Below the pieces are notes generated by a model that was not told where the DNA came from, did no database searches, and saw only the letters and a program-made list of their open reading frames with translations. DNA of 64,000 bases from Sphyrna mokarran (taxonomy: Eukaryota), in the NCBI GenBank assembly GCA_024679065.1, contig JAGIQG010000032.1, positions 13,392,001-13,456,000 of the forward strand. Direction: 5' to 3'. This document shows, one piece after another, positions 12,211 to 24,958 of this stretch; within the stretch, counting starts at the first letter, position 1; every line of letters begins with the position of its first letter. Position numbers and translations under genes: made by a program.

Positions 12211-12429
12211 AAAATTGTAATTTGATGTATTTTAGTCAAATTGGCTGCTGCAGGAATTACACTTATAGTAAACAAAATTACCCCTTGGATAAATAATTAT
12301 TAAAACTATCTGACTGAGTGGGCGAGAGGGGGCATGTGATATAAGTGCTGGAATGGCTATATTTTAGTGAGCACTAGCACTACTTGTTTTTAATCTTTTT
12401 ATTTTATGTTGATGCACAATCATTTGATC

Positions 12430-12580
12430 CAGATGTGTATAATATATATAGTCAAGCTCGATATAGAGGGATATTGGCCAAATGTGGACAAATGGAACTA
12501 GTTTTGTGGTGAAAAGTGGACAGCATGGATAAGTTGTTGCCATGCTGTAAACCTCTGTGAATTAATGACTATGACTCTAA
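12430..12580 (+). mobile_element. CR1 3' terminal fragment
   Basis: ATAGAGGGATATTGGCCAAATGTGGACAAATGGAACTAG..CATGCTGTAAAC; related to the 7328-7640 copy. Confidence 0.6.
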
Positions 12581-12832
12581 AATATCCTGATTACATTTTG
12601 GTCAGGAAAATCCTGGTTTGATTGAGGTAGTTGGAGATGGTTGGTGACAGGGATCAGTTTGCAGTCACAGTTTCACATTTACAGTGAGTGGGCCTACACT
12701 TCAGTAACACTATAGACATCAAGATGATGGCTGTCATTGTGAGTGAAGTTGTGGACGATACTCTCAACTCCCCAGCACAAACTATTGGTGGTCACATTGA
12801 TGAACTGCAAGATAGCCTAAAGATGAAGCACA

Positions 12833-13358
12833 GTAGCTGACATGCCAAATTTCCTTAGTCTTCTGAGAAAGTAGAGGTGTTGGTGGGCTTTCTTAACTGT
12901 AGTGTTGCATGGGGGAAGCAGGACAGGTTATTGGTGATATGGACACCTAAAAACATGAAGCTCTCAACCCTTTTTACTTTGTCCTTGTTGATGCAGACAG
13001 GGGCATGTTCTCTTCTATGCTTCCTGAAATCAATGACAATCTCCTTTGTTTTGTTGACACTGAGGGAGAGATTATTGTCACTGTACCAGATTCTCTATCT
13101 CATTCCTGTACTCTGTCTCACCATTGTTTGAGATCTGACAGTGGTATCGTCAGCAAACTTGAAACGTGTTGGAGGGAAATTTAGCAACATAATCATGGAT
13201 GTATAATGAGTATAGTAGGGGGCTGAGGACACAGCCTTGTGGGACATCAGTGTTGAGAATGATCATGGAGGAAGTGTTGTTCCCTATCCTTACTGATAGT
13301 GGTCTTTGGATTAGAACGTTCAGGATCCAGTTGCAGAGGGAGGAACTGAGGACCAGGC
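12833..13358 (-). mobile_element. Rex1/Babar-type LINE RT fragment
   Basis: ORF 13150-13377: [49 protein letters not shown], then frameshifted FADDT; same family as 46276-47335. Confidence 0.85.
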
Positions 13359-13359
13359 C

Positions 13360-13895
13360 AGCTGGAGTATTGCACACAGTTTTGGTTTTCTTACTTAAAA
13401 AAGGATATACTTGCTATCGAGGGAGTACAGCAAAGGTTCATCAGACTAATTTCTGAAATGGCAGGATATTATATGGGGAAAGATTAGGTTGACTGAGGCT
13501 ATATTTACTTACTTGAGTTTAGAAAAATGAGAGAGGATCTAATTAAAAGGTATAAAATTCTGACATGGCCAGACTGACTGGATGCAGGGATGTTTTTTCT
13601 TCTAACAGGTGGGTATAGAACAAGGAGCCCGAATCTGAGGATACAGGGTAGGCCATTCAGGATTGAGATGAGGAGAAATGTCTTCACTCAGAAGTTTGTG
13701 AACTTGTGGAATTCTCTACCACAGAAGGCTGTGGAGCCTAATTCACTGAATATATTTAAGAATGATTTAGGTTTCTAATCTCGAAAGGTTTTGAAGAATG
13801 TGGAGAGAATGTGCACATATGATGTTAAGATAGAATTACGGAGCAGGCTCGAAGGGCTAAATGGCCTATTCCCGCTCCTATTTTCTATGTTTCTA
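13360..13895 (+). mobile_element. CR1 LINE 3' fragment (degenerate)
   Basis: [37 protein letters not shown]; tail GGGCTAAATGGCC..TTCTATGTTTCTAT. Confidence 0.85.
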
Positions 13896-13930
13896 TTTGC
13901 TTTGAAGATGGGAAAATACCATAACAGTAA

Positions 13931-14092
13931 AATCATAGAATCCCTACCATGCAGAAGGAAACCATTCAGCCCATCGAGCCTGCACTGACAACAATTCCAC
14001 CCCGGCCCTATTCACTACATATTTACCCTACTAATCCCCTAACATTGGGATCAATTTAGCATGGCTAATCAATCTAACCCACACATCTTTGA
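13931..14092 (-). mobile_element. V-SINE HE1-like 3' half, CR1-type tail
   Basis: ATCATAGAATCCCTAC..CAATTTAGCATGGCTAATCAATCTAACC..CACATCTTTG. Confidence 0.8.
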
Positions 14093-17000
14093 ACATCATG
14101 ATGTCCAAACAATACAGCATGATGTATTAGTTTTAATATGTTTTAAGTAAACACAATCCGTTTGAGTGAGACAAAAGAATAAGTCCATCTGCAGGATGGA
14201 ACGTGTGAGCAAAGGTGAAGCTGTTGAATGTAAAGATATTTAGAACAATAATAAATCTAGTTGGTCTCTCTTTATCATTTGATGCTGCATTATTCAGATC
14301 CTCAATTACAAAGTAAAATAAAATTGAATTTATCCAGCGAGCAATGGAGCAATCTAGACCAACCAGTGCTAAATTAAGTGATGCAAACAGAAATAGCAAT
14401 TTAGCAACAATAATCCAGATGTCAAATAGGAATAGACAGACTGGAGGAATTTTGAAAGATGATATAATTGCTGTGTTAAAGATTCGAAAGCAATGAGATA
14501 ATGGGGATTATGACAAATGATTTTGCCTTTCCAGGCAAAATCGTAGAACCAGACAACACACCTGTATTTAACCGAGGAGAGGGCGGTGAGTGGGGATGGT
14601 TGGGGGGGCTAGAATCAGGAAAAGAAAGGGCAAGCCCTCATTATATGACAGTAGCTGCCATTTTCTGGTATTTGAAGGTCCAGCCTTTTAACAAATGAGT
14701 ATGTGTTTATGAATGAGTAATTAAATGAGCGAATGAGTGAATGGGGAGGTGGGCTAGATGGATGGACAGGTTAGTTGGTGGTCAATGGAGTCAGGTTGTC
14801 GGAGAGGTGATCAGAAAGTGTGGGGTTGGGGCAGGAATGGTGGTGGTAGGAAAGGTACAGTGATTGGAGAGGTCTGTTGTGGAATTGTCTAATTGCTAGC
14901 CCAGGTTTGAGATTGTATAATATTATTATCTAGGAATAATTGAATATCTGTCCCAAATTGGTGACTCTAGCTAAGAGTTGGAAACATTTGCACAGGGTCC
15001 CCGGCAGCAGGAAATTTCTGATCAGAACTTTCAACTCCTCAGAGAATTCCTGTATATGTCTGCACATTAAGATTAATGTTATATGAATAGCATTGAAAAC
15101 AAAGTTTTATTTTTTTGGAGCATCTGAGAGCAACTGCTGCTTATGGCTTTTCTGCCTCCATCTGCATCACTATCTCTCTCCCATTGGGAGGGTACCTGGT
15201 CTGAGATAGTTTAAATTCAAGGACCAAATCCCTATGCTAATTTCAAATGGTTGGGGTCAATGCATCCACTTCACTTGTGCTGTTGCTAACAAAATTGATG
15301 TGACCACCCTACTGGTATATCTAGCCTGTCAATTTTAGCAGTAGAATTACTACCTGATGCATGGAAGAAAACACAACCGATATGTAAACATAATCTGGTC
15401 TTCCATTTTTTTTAAATGCGAGATTCTAAGACAGTAAAAAGTTTACTCAAATGACTAAATGCTTCAGGTTGTTAATTACATCTTCAGTTCTGTTTATTCA
15501 CAAGGTTCTTTTTGGTGCCACATTCTGGCTGTCCTCTACAATCTCCCTGTACTTTCCCTTTGATAATTTTATTGATATGCTCCTTGTATCTCTGGTTACA
15601 GGTTTGCTAGAGTGATATCAATACACAGGTGGGCTCATAAAGTGAATAACATGAATAGTTGTTTGACCTAAATCTCTTTTCAACAACTAAGGAAGCTAGG
15701 TAGTTACGTGCACGGCACTGCTGCCTAGATATCAGCATGTCAGCATACAAAAGACCATAGAACAGCACGTATAAATCTGGCAACCAAATAATTTATTATT
15801 CAATGAGCCCTGAAATAAACTTTCTGCCGAGACCATAGCCATTTTGAACACAATTCTCAAGTGAATTCAGTAATATAAAGCTCTGGTTGTTTTGCAGTTG
15901 GTTAAACAAAATAGAGAAGTGCAGTAGATCTGCAAAATAACTGACAGTTCAGTCGGTTTTTTTTTGTTTTGAAGCTGCTCTGGTCTGGAAAGTATCAGAA
16001 CGCATACGCAATTTGCGTTTAACCTCGATCATTACAACGAGTAACATCCCCTGATCATATTAATAGTATGTCAAGCCATCAGAATAAGCAGAAATAATTT
16101 GTGGCACAGTTGAGATTAAGAAAGAAAAAGTAATATTGGCAACTAACATTCACCCTGCTGGATGGAATTTGATCAAGGCTATGAGGTTGCTTATAATGAA
16201 AGTCATTTCTTGAACACATCAATTCAGTCAATGAAATGTCACCAGTCAGATAGCAAGATATATCAGCCAGAATGCCACTAGAAAGGTCTTAGATATAGAA
16301 TGAATTTTTAAGAAGTAACTATTGAGGATCAGTCTATATAGGCTCTAAATATCAATATCTTTTTAATACATTCCTTATTTTGATATAGGTGAACACGTTT
16401 GGTCAAATGGACCAGACTATAGCTTTCCTTGTCATTATTAAGGTTTGAATGTTGTATGCTGTTGGGAGAAGTGGAAAAGCACACTTCAAAAACATTTTAA
16501 TCCACTCGTATATTTTGGTTTGATACCACATATGTAACTGATCACCTGATATTAATTTGATGCGACTGTTAAAATTCAATCTTTCTCTTAACAATTTTAA
16601 CTTATGCTTACAGCAGAAAGGCACTTTATGTAACACTGGCATTTCCAGTGACCTGAAGTCTGCTAACTTATACAAAATGTGAATGGGATAGTGTGCCACA
16701 GGTCTAACAACTATACTTTTACCACAGCCTTCAGCATCATTAAGTTCTCCTATACATGTGGCAAGGTAATAAATGTCATAACATCTGACTGTGTCACTCA
16801 GAGCAAAATTCAGTCAAATTTACTTACAAGATAATTGCAGAAAAGCAGAAAAACCCATGAAAAGAATTAGAACCCAGTATATGACTGACTTCATCAACTG
16901 TTTCAAAGGAATGAAAGGGCGCTGAATCTTTCGAAGCTCCTTGTAATGAAATGCTATATGGTAAAGGCCTCCTTTTCTAACATGGCAACAAGCTATCAAA

Positions 17001-17444
17001 AAAGAGATCTAAAATCTCTACAGGAAAATCCTGTCAGATCTTACAGAACTTTCTGAGATATCCAAAGCCAGACTTCTCTGACCAAAACAAAGAAGTTCTT
17101 TATTCTTAGTCAAGCAATCCGTATGTTAGTTATTTTGACAAGTTGAGGCTTTTTTGTTCATCCTTTGATTTCAAGTAAGACAGCCAGAATAGAGCACCCC
17201 AGTTCCTGCAGTAAGTCCCATGGTAACTAATGAGAATGATTTTTATCTGGGAATGAGTAGGTTCTTGATACACTAGGTTTGGATCCTGATTTTTTTCAGT
17301 TGATGTTTGCTCTGCTGGCATCAGTGATGGGATAGGCCTAACAGTAGGAATTGGAATACAATTTTTTCCCCTTGCTTCTTATCTTGACCAAATTGTTTCC
17401 ATTTTTGGGTATCTATTTTGCACTGTTTTAGAGTCAATCTAAAC

Positions 17445-18270
17445 TAAAGGCAAAATATTGCAGATGCTGGCATCCAAAACAACAATAGAAAATATTGGAA
17501 AATCTAAGCAGGTTTGGCATAATCTGGAGGGAGAGAAAACAGAGTTAACATTTTGAGTCGTTTTTCTCTTCAGAACTAATGTGAGAAAAATATGTTGGAG
17601 TATATACTGTATAAGACAGAGCGCAACAGAATAGAAGATTAGTGGGAAATGGGTAAGATTGCAATAAAGATGTAACAAAACCTAATAACAAGTGACTGAT
17701 GGCTTGGTAAGAGAGGAGGAGGGAAGGTTTTTGGAAAAGATGTTTGGGATATCCAAAAAAAAGATGGGGGAGAAAGATCACAATCTGAAATTGTTGAACT
17801 TAACGTTGAGTCCTGAGAGTTGTAATGTGCCTAATTAAGAGATGAGGTACGATGCTCTGGTTTGTGTTGGCTTCACTGGAACTTTGCAGTAGTTAAAGTA
17901 CAGACAGGTCAGCATGAATATAAAATGCTGAGGAGAAATAGCAAGCACAGGGAGGTTGGGGTCATGCTTGCAGGCTAAGCAAAGGTATTCTGTAAAGTGA
18001 TCATCCAGTGACCTACATGCATTACCCCAAGCTTTCTGTTGCATGCCATCTGTTAGTTGTTCTTAAGTCCTGCTACATTTTAGTTGTAATCTTTTTCAGC
18101 TCTAACTAATTGCTGACTTCTACTGCATTCCACCCCCTCTTGTATGGTATATAATTCAACACATTTCCTTTCTCATTAGCTCTGAATATGAGTCACATTA
18201 GCTTAAGTGTTCCCTACCAATACTGCTAGACTTGCTGGGTTTTTCCAGCATTGTTTTTGTTTTTATTTCA
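17445..18270 (-). mobile_element. Penelope-like element: GIY-YIG C-terminus + pLTR, with inverted pLTR copy
   Basis: Minus strand: RSLDDHFTEYLCLACKHDPNLPV..LIS*LGTLQLSGLNVKFNNFR (PLE endonuclease end); pLTR at 17445-17780 (minus) and a partial inverted copy at ~18040-18270 (plus). Confidence 0.75.
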
Positions 18271-18414
18271 GTTTTTATATTTTTTTGCTCTCCACTATAA
18301 AATAGCTTCCTTGCTATCAATACTCATTAAAAGATTAGCTTATTCTAATTTTTTCATCAGGCATTCGTGCCATGTGAACCAATCCATATAATCTTCTGAG
18401 TAGGATAGTTTTCA

Positions 18415-18600
18415 GGTATTTATCCTTGAAACATCCCAAAAACAGATTGTTTGTTTGTTTTTGGGTCATTTGCTGTGTCCAATTGGCTGACATTCTTCCC
18501 ATGTTATAAACAGCAAGTATACTTCAAAAGTCCTTCATTTGGGTTATAATGTGCAAGAGGATATCCTGTGGTTGAGAGAAGAAAGTCTATTTATTTTTCT
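18415..18600 (+). mobile_element. DeuSINE 3' fragment
   Basis: TTGCTGTGTCCAATTGGCTG..ATACTTCAAAAGTCCTTCATT..ATATCCTGTGGTTGAGA. Confidence 0.55.
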
Positions 18601-19072
18601 TTTTAAGTTCATTGTGTCAGCTTACTCAAGTGGGTCAGGTGTTAGTTGCAGTCTCCTGGCTATTAGCTGTGTCATTTACTACTGACATGTGTCTACAAAT
18701 TAAATTATTCCTAGAGTAATGTGAAATGGCACTTTTGCTTGTCTTGAACTTGAACAAAACATAGAACCTTCCAAACAAACTGGCACTGATTACTTTTTGA
18801 TCAGGGTGTAGCACTACAAATGATGGCTAGCTATTTACCTCCCCGCAGAACTAAACTATCTCTTGATAAATGTGTCTGTTGTTTTTCTTCCCTGACACCA
18901 AGAAGAAAACAGTTCAATCTTGTCAATTTAAAGCATGTTGTTCGATCATTCTAACATCATACAAAATATTCCTGTTGAGGTATGGCAGAGCTTTGCTTCT
19001 TTCACGTTGACTTTAATGTCCTGTTGGGATATTCAATAATGGTGTCCATTTTGAAAGCAAAATTGCCAACTG

Positions 19073-20446
19073 TGCACGGATTCTCCTGGCACAGTGTGTA
19101 CGATGATGACTTGGAGAATCAGGAGTTGGTTGAAAAATGAGTTTTGCGCCGAGTGCCAAACGGGTGCATTGTAGTTAGCACTGTTGCCTCACAGCACCAG
19201 GAATCTGGGTTTGATTCCGGCTTTGGTCACTGAATGTGTGGAGTCTGCATGTTCAGCTCGTATCTGCATGGGTTTCCTCGAAATGCTCTGGTTTCTTCCC
19301 ATTATCCAAAAGATGTGCAGATTAGGTGCATTGACTGTGCTAAATTCTCCCTCACTGTACCCGAACAGGCACAGGAGTGTGGAGAGTTGGGAGTTTTCAC
19401 TGTCATTTCATTGTTATGTTACTGTAAGGCTACTTGTGATAATAATAAATAAATTTTAAGCTGTAACCTGTTGCAACCCTTCCAGATACACAGCCGACCC
19501 CAATTGTATTCCTGGACGGAGCTTACAAGATGCATATTAATGTTCAAATAACTTCCTTAGGATCTTATCAGTGTATTTGGAGGCCAGTTCAATGGCCACT
19601 TGAGATGCTCTCACCCCTCCAACCTGAAATAACATGGGCGTGAATTGGCAGAGGTCTTTTCAGAGACCTGGCAGACTGAGCACCAAAAAGACCAAAGAGA
19701 TCAGTTGCCGTTTGAAAGTTATACTGGGATGTGGGGGGGGGTCTCACTAAGCAGCTGTGGGTGGTGATGTCCATGCTGGTAGTTAGAGGGACCTTGGAGG
19801 TTCCTTATCCCCACGCCACAACCCCAGTACTTGGGAGTGACCTGGCTGAATGCCCTCATGCTGTGGGGGAAGAGTTAAGAGAATTGACTAAAATCCTGTT
19901 CTCAGGTAACTGACCTGTAATTATGTAGCTTAGCATCAATCGCATGTCTCACTTGCGATGTCTGCTTCCCCCACAGATAATGTTGTATGTCTTGTCCATC
20001 TGCGAGTCTGCATTAATCTCAAAGGGAATCCATAGGCACACTGGGCATATTTGACTCAGTGACCCTGACTTGTTGGCATACATTCATGAACTGCTCCTAC
20101 ACACTGGGGTTGCCAGGTGTATTTGGGATCTTGCCCTTTAAAGACTGACTGTGGTGCTTGTACAAATCCTCTCAATGCCTCTCAATCACAGCTGCGGAAC
20201 TAGTTAAGAAGAGGGTCAGCTGAGGAGAGTTAAGTGAATGAGCACGTCAACAAGTATCAGATGTATCAGTGGTCTGCCAGTCAACCCATGTAACATCGAT
20301 GAATTGCTCGTTGAGTCGATCACTCAAGGCCTCATTAAGGCTCTCTCCCTTCTGTCATTGCTTCGCAGCTGCTCAATCTGACCACCTCCAGCCTCTGGCC
20401 TTCCTGCTAGTGTGGCCGCTAAGTCCCAAATCGGAGAATGGGGCCT
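19073..20446. mobile_element. Non-autonomous DNA transposon (Harbinger-like), interrupted by V-SINE
   Basis: Imperfect termini GGATTCTCC..GGAGAATGGGGCC; interior is GC-richer than the flanks. Confidence 0.45.
19163..19459 (+). mobile_element. V-SINE, 'Rex-type' tail
   Basis: tRNA-like head, V-domain, tail GTAAGGCTACTTGTGATAATAATAAATAAA. Confidence 0.85.
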
Positions 20447-20694
20447 ATATGCGTGCATGCAAATTCCTCATCTCAGCATCATGTTTCTGTTGCAACTGTT
20501 CAACCATCTTAATTTCCTAGAACACTTGTGCAGAATTTATATTGAATAAAACCTACTACACCAATTGTTCAAAGGAATCAAGTGTCTGGACAAGGATGTG
20601 GAAGAATGGTATTGAGAAGAATTCTTCAACATATCTTTCTAGTTCCTGTATCCATACCTGTACTGTCATTCATCATATGAACAAAATTATTTAT

Positions 20695-21200
20695 TGGTAA
20701 CATGTCATGTTATTTTAATCATCGTGCAGAAGCCTGAACTAATGACCCAGCAACATGAGTTCAAATTTCACTGTTCCAGCTAGGGAATTTAAACTGAACT
20801 AATTGAATAAATCTAGGATAAAAAGATAGTTTGGAGACCATGAATTTAGCAGATTGTCATAAAAAACCTATCCGGATTACTAGGGAAAGCAAACTGCCAT
20901 CCTAATGCAATGTGGTCGGTATGTGATTCCAGATCCATAGCAATGGTTGACTTTTAATTGACCTTCGGAAAAAAGAATGCTAAATGGGAAAGAACACCTG
21001 GCATCGATCCAGGCTCCAAGTACGTCAAGGGTCCGGCAAAGACGTCCTCACTATCGTCTGGGAACTTGCACCAAGATTTGAAAAGCTGTTCCACATACTA
21101 ATCCAACAACAGCCTGATGTGCTTAAAGAATCAAACGTCCTAGATCCCTCCACCGCTATCCCTGGGTGGGACCTGTCCCTTGGGGACAGCTGTAAATATA
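20695..21200 (+). mobile_element. tRNA-head + Meta-domain fused to LINE endonuclease (APE) start
   Basis: B-box GAGTTCAAAT near 20757; Meta core 20881-20965; ORF 20984-21232 VWELAPRFEKLFHILIQQQPDVLKESNVLDPSTAIPGWDLS resembles the APE N-terminus (GLxxKLxEL..QQPDI..TES..IPGY). Confidence 0.7.
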
Positions 21201-21446
21201 CTGACCCTGAAACACATTCAGTCATACTATAATTGAGTCCTAATTCAACTCCCAATTCAACTGAAGACTAAAATTTTGGTTCATGCATCTGTAGCATTAA
21301 CCTGTAGTTCATTCTCAAATACACAAATTAAATGAAAGTGTCAAAACTTAATATAATTTTCTCCAAAACAAATTATTCCTGCTTCACTAGAGTCACCCAC
21401 AAGGGAGAAACCCTTTAATTGTATATCACAATGTTATTGATAAATA

Positions 21447-22076
21447 TAGGTTGAGTAGCCTTTATCCACAAATCCAAAAACCAAATATATCCGAAAACCC
21501 CACATTTTTTTTAAAACCACATAGCCATTTAGTACAGGAAGTAACCCAGGCTGACCTGACCAGCGCTCATATGAACATTATCAACTGCACCGGACCTTTA
21601 TTGTTCAGTGTTACATCTTGCTTTTCTAGCCATGTTATTTAGTTCAGACCGTAACTGGCCACTAGGTTTAGGGCATTGGAATGTAAGTAGGCCTAAGTCT
21701 ATGGGTGGCACAGTGGTTAGCGTTGCTGCCTCACAGCGCCCAGGGACCTGGGTTCGATTCCTGATTTGGATCAGTCTGTGTGGAGTCTGCACGTTTTCCT
21801 CACGTTTGTGTGAGTTTTCCCTGGGTGCTCCCGCAGTCCGAAAGACATGCTGGGTAGGTGCATTGGCGTGCTAAATTCTCCCTCAGTGTACCCAAACAGG
21901 TGCCAGAGTGTGGCAACTAGAGGATTTTCATAGTAACTTCGTTGCAGTATTAATGTAAGCCTACTTGTGACATTAATAAATAAACTTTAAACTATTTGTG
22001 GTATCCGAAAATCAAAATTATCTGAAATCCAAATGCAATCGGCCCCAGGGGTTTCAGATAAAGGATATTCGAACTG
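21447..22076. mobile_element. TcMar-Tigger (Tigger4/Zombi-like) MITE, interrupted by V-SINE
   Basis: TA | TAGGTTGAGTAGCCTTTATCC ... GATAAAGGATATTCGAACTG | TA; subterminal ATCCRAAA repeats. Confidence 0.7.
21703..21991 (+). mobile_element. V-SINE, 'Rex-type' tail, near full length
   Basis: A-box TGGCACAGTGG, B-box GGTTCGATTCC, V-domain, tail CTACTTGTGACATTAATAAATAAACTTTAAA; possible CTAT duplication at 21699 and 21992. Confidence 0.9.
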
Positions 22077-23777
22077 TATAGTAATCTGGCAGGGGAAATT
22101 AGTAACTTATGGGGAATTGTAAAGTATTTGCTTCAGCACAGTCTTCTCTTCTGTTGTATGTAATACTTAAAGTAAGTTTTCATTTTGAATTTATGTAGGT
22201 TTATAGGGAAAGATAATCATCTCCCTTTCATTTGAATGCTCTCATTATGAAAAATGACAGATCAGATTGCCATGGCTAATTCCAGATAAGGTTGTGTTTC
22301 TTGTCATAAAATGACAAATTTAACTCTGACCTTGAACAGTTATTTTAAATAAGTGAAAATAGCTGTTAAAATATACTGTAAGAGAAAATAACTTGAACAA
22401 ACATGATCCAGGTTTTAGAATACTGAAAGATATGGATAATATAAATACTGCTAATCTATGAATAATTGTCAAACCAAAAAACAGAAATACAAGGTTTCAA
22501 AATCTTAAATAAGAGTGTATTTGTGCTTTAATGCCGAAAACACACAAAAGGCATTATAACATTGGTGTATAAATTCATTCTTTTCATTTCTTTAAAATGA
22601 TAGAAATGTAGTTTGTTTTATATCTTGGTTTATTTTTATTTCCCTTTGGGGAATAGTGGCGAAATGTTGGCAGGATTAACAAATTGATTGTCAACCTGGT
22701 TGAACAATTCCAGGAGTGTGACTCAACACTGTGGCTTGGACTTAGAGGCAGTGGTGCTACCTACTAATAAATCATAAGACCTTCAATATAAAATAGTTCT
22801 GCTTCTTTTATGACTGCGGAAGTGCCAATTAGAATTGAATAATATAGATAGTTTATAATTTTACATCGATCTGTCAGATTAGCGTGACATTACCTTTTAT
22901 TTGGTTTAGGGAAGAGTGGGTGAGGAATGCAGGAAGTATCATCAAAGTTTTACTAGTTGGAGCTTTTTCATCTCGCGCTGAATCCAATAAAGTATAAATC
23001 TTTTATGATCTGCTGCAAGGAATGTGGAATCTGAGTGGGTTTCTCTCATTTCATACATTTTAATATCTTTGTGCACAGACAGTTACAGTAGTAGTAGTAT
23101 CCAAAGTCATCAGAGTGATGTCATGATAGGATTATATCTTAAACAATCAGAAAGCTGTATAGTAATGTGTGATTGTGAATAGATGTCTGGCTCATTTGCA
23201 GGCAACATATAGCATATATACTCAAATTGTTACTCTGAAACATAAAATCCATTTCTGTTTACAATCTGCTTGCCCTGAATGATATATTCTAAAATTCATA
23301 AGTGCTCAACAGATAACTTGAAAAAGTGTTTCTCAATGACCAAAAGAAAGAATCATGTGACAAGATTTTGGTTTTAAATTTTTTCTATAACAAACACATC
23401 AAAATCAACATTGACTAAACATTGGTTAGTAGGCAACTAATACACTGAATGTCATTCCCCATTAATTTCCAAATACAACCAAAAATGCCTTGCCACATTT
23501 TGACATTACACTGCACTCTTATGTTTGAAGTCCTAATCTCCTCTTCTATTCAGGCTTTAATAGGATTTCTTATCTCTGTCCCACCAAGGGAAATCTTTCA
23601 ATTAAACAAAATCCTCTTTGCTCAATATTCTGTGCATATTTGATTGGACTTCTAGTAGAAAGGTACCCTCGGCTTTGTTTTTTTACTCTTCACAAGCTTC
23701 ATTTCTTTGAACAAGGGATCCATGCTCACCAGCACTCTGCTTGGTGGTTAACTGAAACAATCCTTTTTTCCCTAAGT

Positions 23778-24958
23778 GTGTTGGAATATCAAGTACATAA
23801 TTTGTATGTTTTAGAATATAACTTAGTTTTAGGAATTAAAGTATTAAATGTAAAATAAGTTAAAACACTGATTGAGAAATGGGTACATGACCCCTGAGGT
23901 AAATACAATTCAAATCAACTTGAGTTAATTACAGTTAAAAGCTAACCTATTTTTTTATCTTACAAGATCAGAAGTAGAAGTGTAAAACTTAAATAATGGA
24001 TGATTAGCCCTAAGGTTGTTAATAGAGTAAGAAGTCTCACAACATCAGGTTTAAGTCCAAGTTGGACTTAAACCTGGTGTTGTAAGACTTCTTACTGTGT
24101 TTACCCCAGTCCAATGCCAGCATCTCTACACCGTTCTTAATGGAGCTAGAAGACCTTCCCTTACTTCACCAAACCATTTAAATTATTTATGTAGTTCCCA
24201 GATGAATGAAGTGAAATGCTAGCAACTCTGGGTGAGAGGGCCATAAAACTCCATTGGAGATGCATGACTTATGAGTCAAATCAACGAGTTACGTTAAAGG
24301 TAGAATTAGTTAATCTATATGGTTTTGGAACATTGCAAGTATGCCACCTTATCATGGAGATGGGTATCGGGATTCTTTTGTTTAATTTACCTGGATGTTT
24401 CACAGAAGGCAGTTCTAGTTTTAGTCTTATGTAGATCACAGCTCACTTAGAGATTGACAGGAAAGGAGATCCTAGCTTGAAGCTGCAGCAAGAAAACTAC
24501 AGTGACATACGTGGTGAAAACAGGCCATCAGATTAAAGAATGTAATGAAGCTTAAGGTTGAACTAAGAAGCTCACAGTCTTTGATTTTGAAAGAAAATTG
24601 GAGAGTAGCTTAGGATTCCCATGAAGTTTCACATTGAACATTAGCTGGAATACTGAAAAGAAATCAGAATTAATTTTGCAGGACTGTGATATACCTTTGC
24701 CACATGGAAACTGAATTAACCTTCAAGATTTCATACATTAAAGCAACCCTTGGGGAGAAGTAAATGTAAAACTGGATTCTTAGAATATGTAGTTATAGAC
24801 TGTAGTGCTAAATTGATTGCTTTCCTTATTTTTTGTTCATATGTAGAATAATGTTTTCATGTGTAAATATGAAATCTTGTGATGTAATTTCTTTCATATG
24901 ATCACTGGATGTTTGAACTCCTCTTTAAATCTTAGCTGTCTCTACAAAGATCATAACA
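23778..24958 (+). mobile_element. Possible solo-LTR-like repeat
   Basis: TG..CA ends (TGTT..GATCATAACA) and an LTR-like composition; no convincing TSD, left boundary uncertain. Confidence 0.3.
24028..24132. mobile_element. Foldback mini-element from Penelope pLTR end
   Basis: AGTAAGAAGTCTCACAACATCAGGTTTAAGTCCAA-G-TTGGACTTAAACCTGGTGTTGTAAGACTTCTTACT; 13-bp duplication GTTGTTAATAGAG / GTTCTTAATGGAG. Confidence 0.75.

Noticed and set aside
16080-17330. Possible very old LINE RT relic on the minus strand (similar case at 4450-4950)
   Set aside because: Only faint motif resemblance; too degraded to call without an HMM search.
21703-21775. tRNA gene-like A and B boxes
   Set aside because: SINE heads followed by V or Meta domains; no complete cloverleaf with terminator.
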